Shown: one piece after another, positions 48,900 through 60,089 of the stretch
Position numbering within the stretch: position 1 is the first letter of the stretch
Layout of the letters: the number at the start of each line of letters is the position of its first letter
Source: a virus
Taxonomy: Duplodnaviria > Caudoviricetes
DNA length: 64,000 nt
Virus record (IMG/VR): IMGVR_UViG_3300036770_008730
Direction: 5' to 3' (one strand)
Made by a program: the position numbers and the translations under genes
Notes under the pieces: model-generated
Seen by the model: only the letters and a program-made list of their open reading frames with translations
What the model was told of the DNA's origin: nothing
Database searches by the model: none

Positions 48900-51800
48900 T
48901 CACGGGGTAAATATTACTGCCATTGGAGGCCCAGGAATAGGTGGTGGAAATGGTGAAGGAGGCGGTGGAGGAGGCGGTGTTGACACCGGAGCATCTATAC
49001 TATCATCTATAAATGGTGTCGATGCGGTAGTAAATATCTCAAATCCTTCACTCTGATATTCAAAAATATTCCAAATATGACAAGATGAAGTTCCTGACCA
49101 ACTCATACCTCTAAATAAAATTTGCTTTGTAAAGTCATCATTTATGTTTCCACCCAATTCAAATGCTGATCCATACCAGTTTCCATTTCTCCATAATCCA
49201 TCTTCCCAAAAAATGTTAAAAGCATTCATATAATTTGAAACTCCAGTTTTCCAAATCATTCCATAACCAGTTCCTATTATAAAGTTTCCTTTATTCCACT
49301 TTGATATAAAAAAGTCACCATTTTCAAAATTCCCATCTTCCCAAATACAACTATCATCAATATTAAAAGATGCTGTAGGTGATATTTTAACTATTAAATT
49401 ATCAATTGTAAGACTACCTGTTTGTCCGAAAGTTGTTACATATAATGATAAATTCCCACCCAACAGATTCACCTCAACTTTATTAGTTCCTATGTTACCT
49501 GATGTTACTGGATTTAATAATGTAGAAGTTGTTCCACCATTACCTACATAGACCGCAAGATTATTATTTATACTTGAAAATGTTACAACATCAAATGTTA
49601 TTTCATACTTACCAGCCGCTAAAGAAGTTGATGAATTTGTTAAATACAGAGCTGGAGCATTTGACTCCGCGATGAAATAAGCTTGATTTGATACCAAACT
49701 AAATGTAGAGTATTTGCCTGAAGAATTACCACTACCAGCAACCCAACCACCTAATGATGATGTGAACGAACCATTTGAAATCAAATCATTCTGAGTAGAA
49801 TAATCCCAAACATACATTGGACTTACATTTCTTCTTACATATGGATTAAATGAACTCGCATAAAATTTACCCTTATCAAAAGTACCATTCAACCAAACTA
49901 TATTATTGGTTTCACCGCTTTGATGACTAAATGTGCCGTTAAGCCATAACGCATTTGAAATTTTAGTTGGTGTATAAGTTCTTCTTAAATTTGAAACTTC
50001 ATTTCTTTCTAACTTAGAATATAGTTTTTTGTCTTTAATTAATTTGTCTTTCTGGTCTGTAAAATAACCATCTCTCCATAGACCATAGAAACTATTTCTA
50101 AATGAGTCTACGAAACTATTTGCGGCTGATGCTGATGATCCACCAACACTTGAAACTTTTGAACTTCCTTGAAACTCACCTTTTTCAAAAATACCATTAT
50201 TCCAAACTCTGCCTTTGAAAATTCCATTGTTGAACTCTCCATAGTACCAAGTAGAGTTAGTCAATCCTTCTGCATTTCCAAATTCACCTCCGTTAAATGT
50301 TCCATTTTCCCATCCGTAGATACTTGCTGAGGCTGAATCGCTTTGTGTCCATCCATAACCAGAAGTAAATTTACCACCATTAAATGTTCCTTTTTTCCAT
50401 TTAGCTAATGAAACAAATTGACCACCATTAAACTCACCATTATACCAAGTTGCTGTATTTGAAGCAGTAGTTTGTTGATAGTTGGTTCCAAATAAACCAT
50501 CATTAAATATTCCGTTTTGCCAAATTATATTATTTGTTGTTGATTCTTGTAGACTGGTATCGGATGCATAGAAGCTAGCATTTTCAACAATAACATTACT
50601 TACAGTTGCATTATAAACAACTGTATCTTGTGTGTCTATACCAGAATCTCCAAAAATACCACCATTTATTAGTCCATTGTACCACTTTGAGTAGTAAAAT
50701 TTACCACTTTCAAAAGTTCCATTCTCCCAATCACTTTTATAAAAATCAGACGCTCTATTTCGACTACCTAATCTAAATATTCCATTTTGCCAAGAATATC
50801 TATCATTTGAAATTGTTGCAGTTGTTATACCATCTTTGTAATAAGAAAGTGTATTTTCTGTGTAAAAATTTTCCTCATTTTGAGTAGGCTCACCATTAAA
50901 TGTTCTAGATTCATAAAAAGTACCACTATTAAATAATCCATCAACCCATCTTGATTCTTTTATTACACCATTTGAAAATGTCATGTTATTTATTACTGAC
51001 TTCTGTATAATACCATTTGTCCAAGTATTATCACCTCCAACAAAATTTGAATAAAGATAAGTAGCATTTGATAAAAAATTTCCATTACTTTTAAATAGAC
51101 CATCAGCAATAACTAAGTTTCTAATTCTTGAAAGATTGATATAATCCTTATCATCAACATTATATTCATCATTCTCAATCAAAGAATTAGTAATATAAGT
51201 TCTTCTAAGAATTCCTGATTTGATTTTAGTTTTATTAAATCTAGTTTTATAAATGTATCCGTATCTGTTACTTGCTCCAGGTGTATTAAAAAATCCAAAT
51301 GGTAACAACGTATTAAACACACTTGTCGTTCCAGTAACTATAAGTTCCTGTAGTCCTAATCCACCTGCAAAATCATTCGATATAACCTTATAATTAGAAG
51401 GAAGTAGTGTTACTGATGATGTTACGGAAGTTATTTGTGCTATCCCATCAAAAGATCCATCTTGTATCGTTACCAAATCACCAATTTGATATCCTATACC
51501 TGGTTGGTTTATGTATATAGAATCAATCGTTCCTAATGGAGCATCTATATTCACAATTAATCCTGTTCCTGCCCCACCAGATACTGCAACACTAGAAGTA
51601 CTAGTGTAGATAGTTCCTGGATTTGAAACTGTTATACCAGTCACATAATTTTCAACTGTATAATAAACCGAATTTAGATATACTATATTTCCAATTTCTA
51701 ATGATCTATCATCAGAATTTGGATTAGAATAATCATAGGTTGTTGTTACACTAAGAATTGAACTTGAAGTGGACGAAATCGACATATTATAATAACCACC

Positions 51801-54116
51801 ACTCAGTGTAGTAGTTGGAAATAAAGAAGTCGGAATTGTTATATTTAAGTCATTATTGTAACTTATGTTATTACCATTTATCCAATTTGATGTTTCAATC
51901 AAACCACTCTCTAATTCCGAATCAACTATGTAAGCATTTGAAATGTCTACTATTTCTCCTAAGTAATTTGACATTGTAGGAGAAGTGACTGATGACGTAG
52001 CTAAATCTCTGTTGAAATTTATGTGAGATAATGCATAACTATTAGTATCTATTGTTTTAATTATTAAATCAACTGAATATCCAGATTTCTCGTTTTCTGA
52101 AGTAATTGCGGTTGAATAACTTCCAAAAGCTCCAACACTGGTCAATTTATACGAATTTTCCAATGGTGTTGAAAGGTAAGCTGTATATTCAATGCCTCTT
52201 TTACAGAAACTATATGTTGCTGGGTTTATTTCATCTATATTTTCAGTCCATGATGATAATGTGAACTTTGTGTCAAAGAAATTAAGAACTTCTTTTGATT
52301 GATTGTTAATTATTAGACCTTTTATATAGAAATAGTCTTTATTTTTTAACCTTTCGTAGTTGCTTCTAGAAATATAGAACTTATAGATTTTATTTGACGC
52401 ACCATTTGCATAAGGATTAAACTCGGTTGCGCTATACTCATCATAGTCTGTTATTTTTATTATATTATCACTTATTACACTTGAATCTTTAATAAACGAT
52501 TCGGTCAGTTTGGAGTTAACAATTTTACTTTTAACAAATCTTGTGTTATAAGCTCTTGAATTACTTACTTCTGAGTTTCCAATTAAAACATCATTCAAAT
52601 AACAACCTTCAAAAAAACCTTTGTTTGTTTTGTTAGTAAAGGTTGTCAATGTTGAAGTCAAATAGTTTTCAACTACTGAGTAGGTCGCTGATTGTGTGCC
52701 TAAAGAAGAATTTATTATACTACCATTGTTGATTATTGAACTTTGTAGTATTGAATCATATATAAAATTATATCCCTTTCCATCATTATTTGTTTGACTT
52801 GCTTTTTGAAAAGGAATACCATTTTCATCAAAACTAGAGTAAAAACTTTCCTTTGATGTGTATTTTGAATTTATTAGTCCTTTTGTCCAAAAGGAATTAA
52901 GTAATGTTCCAGTTTGCCACTTAGAATCACCACCATCCCAAATAATCATTTTATCTTGTCTACCAAAAAGTCCTGTATTCCACTTACCTTTGAAATTCCC
53001 ATCTCTAAAATTCGCCTTAGTAATAAATGGTTTATGATAAGTTACATCGACCATCCATTCTGATTGAGTTGGTCCAATATTCCATTTATAAATATATCCT
53101 TCTTGAAACGTCTTATTATTGTAATTAAAACTACCATTTATAATTTTTAATCTATTGTTGTTACTATATGTTGGCGATAATGCAATTGAAAATGAACCTA
53201 TTATAAATGAACTTGTAATGTCTATCCAATTAGCTGGATTAGTTGAGCTGTCTCTTACATAGAATCCAGCTGATGTGATTGCGTTACAATCACCCCAACC
53301 AGTAGTTAATGGTGAGTATAAGTCATCTACATAAATTATGCTATTTTGATATTGTTCAAATTTATTACTGACAGAGGCACCTCTAGTTGTAATTTGTCTA
53401 TTTATTTGTAGTAACTCTTGACGATCCCTGATATAGTGAACTTTTATAAAATCATCAACTTCATCATCATTATATGGTAAAACTCCTGTATAATTAATGT
53501 CTAAAACTATTTTACATCTGTCTATATCTAGTATTTTATAACCATCTCTTCCTTTTTTATATTTATCGGCCTTTATAAGAAGATCATTATCATAATTTCC
53601 ATTTATTATAAATACTCTATCTCCTTTTTTTAATCCTGAGTCAACATCAGTATAGAAAAGTGTTTTATTGAATCCACTTAAATCAAATGGTTCTACCCAA
53701 TTAAGAATTCTTGGACTAAAAGATTTATCGTAGATATCTACTTCTATATTTTCTCTATTAAAAGAGACAAGCTTTACAAGACCTTTTGCTTTTTTTATTT
53801 CTTGTTTTTGAACCAATACTGGTTTAAGAGAAACCAATCCCCTAACTGTTTGAGGAGTAACAGCTTTTGGATTATTAAAAATAGATTGTATATTATCCGG
53901 TATTATTGCACCATTATTAAATACTGGTTTAGAATCTAATTCCTGAATAAGTTGATTATATTGAGTCAGTGTAATTTCACCATTTTTTAGCTTAATCGAA
54001 AGCTGACTCTTTTTTAGGTTGATTTTTTCTGTATCAAGCCTCTCATCGGAATTCATAATAGTTGGAATACTTGGTAGGTCAAAACCTAATAGTGAACTTG
54101 CTGAGAATGTTGCCAT
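48900..54116 (-). CDS. Very large putative virion protein with Trp/Phe pentapeptide repeats and Pro-rich tail
   Basis: 1738 aa; many W/F-x-N-G-x units; Ig-like 'PGTIY...GYQIGD' module; C-terminal poly-Pro. Confidence 0.55.
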   Translation of the reverse strand: MATFSASSLLGFDLPSIPTIMNSDERLDTEKINLKKSQLSIKLKNGEITLTQYNQLIQELDSKPVFNNGAIIPDNIQSIFNNPKAVTPQTVRGLVSLKPVLVQKQEIKKAKGLVKLVSFNRENIEVDIYDKSFSPRILNWVEPFDLSGFNKTLFYTDVDSGLKKGDRVFIINGNYDNDLLIKADKYKKGRDGYKILDIDRCKIVLDINYTGVLPYNDDEVDDFIKVHYIRDRQELLQINRQITTRGASVSNKFEQYQNSIIYVDDLYSPLTTGWGDCNAITSAGFYVRDSSTNPANWIDITSSFIIGSFSIALSPTYSNNNRLKIINGSFNYNNKTFQEGYIYKWNIGPTQSEWMVDVTYHKPFITKANFRDGNFKGKWNTGLFGRQDKMIIWDGGDSKWQTGTLLNSFWTKGLINSKYTSKESFYSSFDENGIPFQKASQTNNDGKGYNFIYDSILQSSIINNGSIINSSLGTQSATYSVVENYLTSTLTTFTNKTNKGFFEGCYLNDVLIGNSEVSNSRAYNTRFVKSKIVNSKLTESFIKDSSVISDNIIKITDYDEYSATEFNPYANGASNKIYKFYISRSNYERLKNKDYFYIKGLIINNQSKEVLNFFDTKFTLSSWTENIDEINPATYSFCKRGIEYTAYLSTPLENSYKLTSVGAFGSYSTAITSENEKSGYSVDLIIKTIDTNSYALSHINFNRDLATSSVTSPTMSNYLGEIVDISNAYIVDSELESGLIETSNWINGNNISYNNDLNITIPTSLFPTTTLSGGYYNMSISSTSSSILSVTTTYDYSNPNSDDRSLEIGNIVYLNSVYYTVENYVTGITVSNPGTIYTSTSSVAVSGGAGTGLIVNIDAPLGTIDSIYINQPGIGYQIGDLVTIQDGSFDGIAQITSVTSSVTLLPSNYKVISNDFAGGLGLQELIVTGTTSVFNTLLPFGFFNTPGASNRYGYIYKTRFNKTKIKSGILRRTYITNSLIENDEYNVDDKDYINLSRIRNLVIADGLFKSNGNFLSNATYLYSNFVGGDNTWTNGIIQKSVINNMTFSNGVIKESRWVDGLFNSGTFYESRTFNGEPTQNEENFYTENTLSYYKDGITTATISNDRYSWQNGIFRLGSRNRASDFYKSDWENGTFESGKFYYSKWYNGLINGGIFGDSGIDTQDTVVYNATVSNVIVENASFYASDTSLQESTTNNIIWQNGIFNDGLFGTNYQQTTASNTATWYNGEFNGGQFVSLAKWKKGTFNGGKFTSGYGWTQSDSASASIYGWENGTFNGGEFGNAEGLTNSTWYYGEFNNGIFKGRVWNNGIFEKGEFQGSSKVSSVGGSSASAANSFVDSFRNSFYGLWRDGYFTDQKDKLIKDKKLYSKLERNEVSNLRRTYTPTKISNALWLNGTFSHQSGETNNIVWLNGTFDKGKFYASSFNPYVRRNVSPMYVWDYSTQNDLISNGSFTSSLGGWVAGSGNSSGKYSTFSLVSNQAYFIAESNAPALYLTNSSTSLAAGKYEITFDVVTFSSINNNLAVYVGNGGTTSTLLNPVTSGNIGTNKVEVNLLGGNLSLYVTTFGQTGSLTIDNLIVKISPTASFNIDDSCIWEDGNFENGDFFISKWNKGNFIIGTGYGMIWKTGVSNYMNAFNIFWEDGLWRNGNWYGSAFELGGNINDDFTKQILFRGMSWSGTSSCHIWNIFEYQSEGFEIFTTASTPFIDDSIDAPVSTPPPPPPPSPFPPPIPGPPMAVIFTP

Positions 54117-54356
54117 TTACAAAAACTGTCTTTTACCTATATATAAATAATTGAGGACTTTCTATGTAGACTAAGAATTTTTTATTAATTTTAACCTGTA
54201 GTATTTTTATGAAAGAAATTAAATATCAAAGATTTATTGACAGACTTAGTACCTCTTTAAGAAAATCTAAAAAAAATAGATTAAGAGTTTTCCAAAGAAA
54301 AATTAAAATTATTAGCATTTTCAATTCTTAATATATAAGAAAACTTATTTATTTTT

Positions 54357-54911
54357 ATGAATTTACAGGAATTACTTAATAAATGGAATATCAAATGTGA
54401 TGTCAATATCTTATTATCTATGTGGAATGAATCACATAGACACTATCATAATCTTGACCATCTTAATGATTTAATACAACAAATCAATGAAAACAAATCA
54501 AAATATTCGGAAAAGCAGTATGATAAATTGATATTGACTTCACTTTTCCATGATTGTATTTATGAACCAACTCAGAATGATAATGAAGAGAGATCAGCAA
54601 AGTTTTTTGAGGACTGTTGCATAGATAAGACAAATTCTGATATACAAGAAATTAAACAAGCTATTTTAGATACAAAAACTCACAATGCGACAACTAATCT
54701 TTCAGAGTCATTTAATTACTATGATATGAATATTGTAGAAAGAGATTTTAATCAATTATTAGAATGGGAAAGAGGAATAAGAGAAGAATATAAAGCATAT
54801 GGTGAAGCTTATAAAGAAGGAAGAGTAAAATTCTTAGAATCTTTATTAGATAAATATCCTCACAATACTGAGAACTTAATTAAGTTATTAGAATTTGTAA
54901 AATTAAACTAA
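54357..54911 (+). CDS. HD-superfamily metal-dependent phosphohydrolase (COG4339-like)
   Basis: HRHYHNLDHL...LFHDCIYEP...NEERSA. Confidence 0.8.
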   Translation: MNLQELLNKWNIKCDVNILLSMWNESHRHYHNLDHLNDLIQQINENKSKYSEKQYDKLILTSLFHDCIYEPTQNDNEERSAKFFEDCCIDKTNSDIQEIKQAILDTKTHNATTNLSESFNYYDMNIVERDFNQLLEWERGIREEYKAYGEAYKEGRVKFLESLLDKYPHNTENLIKLLEFVKLN

Positions 54912-54957
54912 AAACTTTTTGAACTACATCTTATACCATTATAAAATAATATAAATA

Positions 54958-55869
54958 ATGGAACAACAAGTAGAAGTAGTATTAAGTGGTAGAATTCCAA
55001 AATATATGTTTGGAGTTTTACAAGAAAAATATAGAGATGAAGTAAAAAAAGGATTAGAACTTTGTAAAAATGATGAAATTGAAACTCCAAGTCAATTTTT
55101 AAGTTTAATCTTTGGAATTACACTAGAAGGATTTAGAGATCCAAAAGAGGAATTATTCGAATCAATTTCAAAAGAAGATTTAGAAAAATTACCAAATCTT
55201 AACGAACTAGTAAATGATTTTATAGAAAACGGTGGATCTCATTTTGAGATGTTAGATTGTCTTTTAGACTATCCAGAAGAAGGATATGGATATAGTCAAG
55301 CTTGCGTATCAATTATCGAAGATGATGCAACCTTATCAATCTATGTTGATGATAAACCTATGATTAAGGATGTTAAATTAAAAGAATTTGCTAATTGTGA
55401 ATTATTGGGAAATGCAGAAGATGATAAAGAAACAGATGAGTTCAAAAGAGTTAAATCACTTATAGAATCATCAAATGCTCAATTTGTATTTTCTGATCCT
55501 GATGAAGGTGGTCCGAGTTGGGGTATAAATAAACATGGAGCTATGTTCTTAAATGATTGGATTTCATTCACAAACTGGGAAGAGTTTTGTGATGCTAATG
55601 AGAGAGAACATTTTGTTACAATATATTTTGATGATATCACAACTTGGTCTTTTTATTTTGAAACCGAGAATTTTGATATTAAAGATTTGACTTTTGTTAA
55701 TCACAACAATACTGAAGAATTTAGAAATAGTAGATATATTGTTTTTAGTTATCTTTTCTATAAAAATGAACAGATTGAACCATCTGAAAATTGGTTTAGA
55801 GATAAAGGAATCAATCTTAACTATGGTGATAATCGATTAGAAGATTTAAACTTTTTCTTATACGCATAA
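54958..55869 (+). CDS. Acidic hypothetical protein
   Basis: 303-aa ORF. Confidence 0.65.
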   Translation: MEQQVEVVLSGRIPKYMFGVLQEKYRDEVKKGLELCKNDEIETPSQFLSLIFGITLEGFRDPKEELFESISKEDLEKLPNLNELVNDFIENGGSHFEMLDCLLDYPEEGYGYSQACVSIIEDDATLSIYVDDKPMIKDVKLKEFANCELLGNAEDDKETDEFKRVKSLIESSNAQFVFSDPDEGGPSWGINKHGAMFLNDWISFTNWEEFCDANEREHFVTIYFDDITTWSFYFETENFDIKDLTFVNHNNTEEFRNSRYIVFSYLFYKNEQIEPSENWFRDKGINLNYGDNRLEDLNFFLYA

Positions 55870-55896
55870 AAAAAGAGGTCAGAAGACCTCTTTTTT
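55868..55896. terminator. Bidirectional intrinsic terminator
   Basis: AAAAAGAGGTC-AGAA-GACCTCTTTTTT between convergent genes. Confidence 0.85.
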
Positions 55897-55900
55897 ATTT

Positions 55901-56626
55901 TTAGTAATTCATAATAATATATTCAGTTCCCATTAAAGTCATTTTTTTATCAAATCTACAATTAGGATATAATTCTTCTAATCCGTCAAAGTTATAGTAA
56001 CTAAGAATAAATTTTCCTTTTATTTTAATAAGTTTATCAGCTAATTCTTTATGAGTATTTTCGGTAAAGTCGTGATTGATATAGTATTTTTCTTTACCCA
56101 TATAAGGTGGATCTAAATAGAAGAATGTTGATTCCGAATCATACATTTCTATGATTTGATTGTAATCTAAATTATGTATGCTGTTAATTCTATCTAAGTG
56201 AAATTTATAAGCCTTATACTTTAATTTGAAAATTTCGAACTCATTAGAATTTCTCCAAGAATCTTTTCCAACCTCATAAGGAGATCCACAGGTTAATATA
56301 ATTAACCAATAAAGAGCTAAGAGACTTTGATCATTTTCAATAAATATCTTTTTAAGAGAATTATCATAAATCTTTTTATCCACTTTTGTTTTTTTAACTA
56401 ACTCAATAAATGATGAGTCATTTTTCATCTTATCGAATAAAAGATAGTTTAAGTAATTTTTATCATTATAAATAAATTTTACTTCTTTGTATTTACTAAA
56501 ATCTAAAGAAAAAAAAACACCAAACATTCCACCGAAAGGTTCCACATAAGTGGAAATTTCTTTAGGAATGTTTGGTGTTATAAAATGAGATAATTTTTCT
56601 TTATTTCCTAGGTAAGGTATTAACAT
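55901..56626 (-). CDS. dam: DNA adenine methyltransferase (Dam/D12 class)
   Basis: YLGNK, YVEPFGG, IYND, FYLDPPY. Confidence 0.85.
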   Translation of the reverse strand: MLIPYLGNKEKLSHFITPNIPKEISTYVEPFGGMFGVFFSLDFSKYKEVKFIYNDKNYLNYLLFDKMKNDSSFIELVKKTKVDKKIYDNSLKKIFIENDQSLLALYWLIILTCGSPYEVGKDSWRNSNEFEIFKLKYKAYKFHLDRINSIHNLDYNQIIEMYDSESTFFYLDPPYMGKEKYYINHDFTENTHKELADKLIKIKGKFILSYYNFDGLEELYPNCRFDKKMTLMGTEYIIMNY

Positions 56627-56864
56627 TTTTTTTAGTAGTTTCTTTAATTTCCTTATGAATCTTTTTGAAAATATCTTTTACTTGAGCAAATTTCATTTTA
56701 CCACTAATTGCATCTACATAAGCAGATTCCAATTTTGTGATATTAGATTTTAATGTTTCTGTAGAATCAACTTTAGTTTCAGCTTTTTCAGTTGTCTTTT
56801 TTGTTTCAGGTTTAACTTTCTTTGTAGTTGCCTTTACTGCCGGTTTTTTTGTTTTCTTTTCCAT
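56601..56864 (-). CDS. Lys-rich small protein (possible DNA-binding)
   Basis: KKTKKPAVKATTKKVK low-complexity N-terminus. Confidence 0.5.
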   Translation of the reverse strand: MEKKTKKPAVKATTKKVKPETKKTTEKAETKVDSTETLKSNITKLESAYVDAISGKMKFAQVKDIFKKIHKEIKETTKKNVNTLPRK

Positions 56865-56876
56865 TTTAAATTGTTA

Positions 56877-57989
56877 TTATTTTTTTTTGAACTCTTTTTT
56901 ATCATTAGAAATATATAAATTGTCAAAGTTATAATACTTATCAAATATTTCTCTAATTTTTTTTGGTTTTACTTCATCTAAGATTTCATAAACTGACCAA
57001 TCTTTTGGATTAATCCATTGATTAACATTTTTATATCTTAAGATTTCTTCTTTTTGTTTTCTTACACCATAATATTCCTTTACTATATTAAACCTATCTT
57101 TAGTTAAGTATTTACCTGGATTATCTAAAACTATTTTAATTGAATCAACAACAGCATTAAAGTTTTTATTTGAAGTTTGTGTTGATATAGTATTGATACC
57201 TTGATTATTTAGTCTTGATTGGTAACAGTGAACATAATATACCAATCCTCTTTTCTCACGAATCTCCTGATAAAGAGGTGATTTCAATCCTAAAGAAAGC
57301 ATTGCATTTATAAAATGAATATAAGCAAAGTCTTCATTAATTACCGGTGAAAGAATTGAAATAGAGGTCTTATCTTTGAAATCATTATTTAACTCTAATG
57401 GAACTTTATGGTCACCATAGGTAGTGTCTTTAACGATTATTCTGTCAGTAAAATCTAAAGTATTGTTTTTATACTTTTTGTTTTTACTAACATTAATTAC
57501 TTTAGTAGGTTTTGAATATTGAAGTTCAAAGTAGTTCAAACAATCCATAAATTTAAGATTTACTAAATCCTCTTTTAAACCAATAGGATCATAATCGTTA
57601 AATAATTTTCTCGAAAGATTTAACATATGTGATTGAGATTGGTCATTAAAGCAATCCATATATTCTTCTAATACGATGTTTCTTTCATTTTCAAACTGTT
57701 CTTTAGTAACATTGAACTGACCAAGTAAGTCCATAAACTCACCTTTCCACTTATTTACTTTTTCATCTAATCCTGTTAGATAAAACACTATTTCATTTGA
57801 TGAAGTGTAGGCATTCCATTCGATACCATCTTTATCAAAATCTTCTTGAAGATGGTCAAAGTTTTTGCACATAAGATGCTCCATTAAGTGTGATATACCA
57901 TACCACCCTTTTTTCTCTAAATTAGTCGAGCCTTCATAAACTATGTAAAAGCCAGATAAGTCTGTTTGAGATTTTAAATTAATGATCAT
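56877..57989 (-). CDS. M16 (insulinase-like) Zn peptidase
   Basis: GISHLMEH, NAYTS, ERNIVLEE, SPLYQEIREKRGLVY. Confidence 0.9.
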   Translation of the reverse strand: MIINLKSQTDLSGFYIVYEGSTNLEKKGWYGISHLMEHLMCKNFDHLQEDFDKDGIEWNAYTSSNEIVFYLTGLDEKVNKWKGEFMDLLGQFNVTKEQFENERNIVLEEYMDCFNDQSQSHMLNLSRKLFNDYDPIGLKEDLVNLKFMDCLNYFELQYSKPTKVINVSKNKKYKNNTLDFTDRIIVKDTTYGDHKVPLELNNDFKDKTSISILSPVINEDFAYIHFINAMLSLGLKSPLYQEIREKRGLVYYVHCYQSRLNNQGINTISTQTSNKNFNAVVDSIKIVLDNPGKYLTKDRFNIVKEYYGVRKQKEEILRYKNVNQWINPKDWSVYEILDEVKPKKIREIFDKYYNFDNLYISNDKKEFKKK

Positions 57990-58038
57990 TGTTGAATAAA
58001 TAGTTTATTACTATTTATATAATTTTAAAATGTTAAGT

Positions 58039-58968
58039 TTATAAAACTTCATCTAATAAGATAATTTCATTACCGGTATCTTTAAATTTAAGTTTCACAC
58101 CATTATCAGATAATGATTTTGCAATCTTTGCTATTAAATCTTCTCTGTTCATTTCTGTAAAATAAATTTGTCCAACATCTGAATTATGAATCTCCTCTAA
58201 TAGGTCATTTACACTTATTATCAATCTGTCAAAGTCTACCATGAAGAAATTTTCCATATCAATTCCTTCAAAGTCAATATCTTCGATGATTTTACTTTTT
58301 AAACTATTCAAACTTCTTTCAACAAAATCTTCTCTTAAAACACCAGCTTGTTTTAACATAAGCTCTCCGTACTTAGTATGATGATAACCATAAGAGTATC
58401 TGATTAGAACCTCTTCATCATCTGTAACATATTCACACCAACCACCTCCACCTAATTCCACAATGTTAGGATCGTGACCTAGCTTTTCAGCTAATTTGTA
58501 AAGATAAATATCAACTAATCCATTTTGATTATCTAGTCCATAGGAGTTTATGAAATCCTGGAATTGTTGAAATGTTAAAGCATTGATTTCTTGTGAAAAT
58601 AAATTTTGTATAGATTGCATATTCCAACCACAATCCTCTTCAATTTCTTTTTGAATTAGTTCAAAATCTTTATCTGGATCATCTTTCTTTTTACAAAGAT
58701 CGGAATAAGACCTTCCCATTGCACAATTTTTTATTGACTCAGCAAAATCTTCTCTCAAATAACTTAACCAGTCTTGATGATTAGTAGTAATTTGTTCATA
58801 ATTATCACCTTCGAATTTTCCAATATATTTGACCGCTGATATATTGTTCGATGAATAGTTTAAAATCAATCCCCAGTGAGTGCCCGATGTTGCTAAAAAA
58901 TCATCAACTGAATTGTAGTTGAATTGATTATTCTCTTTCAGAAATTGGTTGTATCTGTTTAATTTCAT
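58039..58968 (-). CDS. Hypothetical protein with MKLNRYNQFLKE leader
   Basis: Leader motif; 309 aa. Confidence 0.65.
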   Translation of the reverse strand: MKLNRYNQFLKENNQFNYNSVDDFLATSGTHWGLILNYSSNNISAVKYIGKFEGDNYEQITTNHQDWLSYLREDFAESIKNCAMGRSYSDLCKKKDDPDKDFELIQKEIEEDCGWNMQSIQNLFSQEINALTFQQFQDFINSYGLDNQNGLVDIYLYKLAEKLGHDPNIVELGGGGWCEYVTDDEEVLIRYSYGYHHTKYGELMLKQAGVLREDFVERSLNSLKSKIIEDIDFEGIDMENFFMVDFDRLIISVNDLLEEIHNSDVGQIYFTEMNREDLIAKIAKSLSDNGVKLKFKDTGNEIILLDEVL

Positions 58969-59092
58969 TTGTTAACTTTTCTTTTTCTTCTTCTTCGGAA
59001 TCAATGAAAATTATTTGTTCATTTTTATCAAGAAAATCCTCATCAATATATCCTATATCGCTGTCATTAAAATAGGGAAATCTTAGTTTCAT
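58928..59092 (-). CDS. Small acidic ORF missed by the track (54 aa)
   Basis: MKLRFPYFNDSDIGYIDEDFL...EEEEKEK; AATATATA box about 22 nt upstream. Confidence 0.4.
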   Translation of the reverse strand: MKLRFPYFNDSDIGYIDEDFLDKNEQIIFIDSEEEEKEKLTNEIKQIQPISERE

Positions 59093-59123
59093 AAAAATAT
59101 AAAAGGTTTTAAGTATATATTAT

Positions 59124-60089
59124 TTAATACTTTCTATTTTTTAGATGTTTTAGGAAATCAAAAGAATCATCAAATTTATTTTTCAACAAATCTTCGATAG
59201 ATTCTACTTTTGTTAATTCTGATAAAAATCTTTCTTTTTCAAAGATATGCTCAGCAGCATCTTTTGCAAATTGACTTAAATAGATATTACATTTAATTTT
59301 ATATTCTTCAAAAAAATGTTTCAAAATAGCCGATGTTCTAAGACCCACTTGGTCATTATCAGAAAATATATTTATAACCGATGGCCTTTTTTTAAGTAAT
59401 TTATAAAGTTGTATTCCTGTCCACATTGCAGAAGAACAACTAACTGTTTTTTTATTCATCTTTATCATGGCCATCATATCAAACAAACCTTCTGTCATCC
59501 ATATTTCATCTCCCTCACTGATGTTATTCAATCCCCAGACCGGAATATCAGGACATGCTAAGCTATATTTAAGTGATTTTGATGAGTTGATTTTTCTAAC
59601 CGAGCAGTTTATTAACAGCCCATCTTCAAAAAGAGGTATGATTATACCCCCACTTTCAATACCATCATCTAAAACTTTATTAAGAATTGGATGACAAGTA
59701 GCTCCTATTATTTCTAAGTGTTTTTTATCTTTTATAGATGATAGACCAAGTATTGACCATTTTAAGATTGTTTCATCTCCAATTCCCCTATTAGTGAGAA
59801 ATTCATATTCTTTCTCATTAAAGTTTCCAACATTATCCCTTATTAACTTGGTAAGAGATTGTAAGTCTTGTTTTGTAACAATGATGTCTTTTACTTTTAA
59901 GTTGAGTTCTTTCTTTTTAACTTCAACCATTCTTTTATCATTATTGAAGTTATTTCTACACTTTTCTAAAATTGATTCAACATCATTAAGTATGTTTGGA
60001 TTTATTGAATTATCAATAAAGTTAGCTACGACTCCTTTTACAGATCTGTTATTGTAAAGAATAAAAGCTAATTCTTCATTAGTCCACAT
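59124..60089 (-). CDS. DnaG-like Toprim primase-domain protein
   Basis: YEFLTNRGI, IIIPL...R, MTEGLFD, FSDNDQVG. Confidence 0.75.
   Translation of the reverse strand: MWTNEELAFILYNNRSVKGVVANFIDNSINPNILNDVESILEKCRNNFNNDKRMVEVKKKELNLKVKDIIVTKQDLQSLTKLIRDNVGNFNEKEYEFLTNRGIGDETILKWSILGLSSIKDKKHLEIIGATCHPILNKVLDDGIESGGIIIPLFEDGLLINCSVRKINSSKSLKYSLACPDIPVWGLNNISEGDEIWMTEGLFDMMAMIKMNKKTVSCSSAMWTGIQLYKLLKKRPSVINIFSDNDQVGLRTSAILKHFFEEYKIKCNIYLSQFAKDAAEHIFEKERFLSELTKVESIEDLLKNKFDDSFDFLKHLKNRKY

Noticed and set aside
54209-54331. 40-aa ORF MKEIKYQRFID...QRKIKIISIF with leader-like and helix-like motifs
   Set aside because: Too short and low-complexity; both motif matches are weak.
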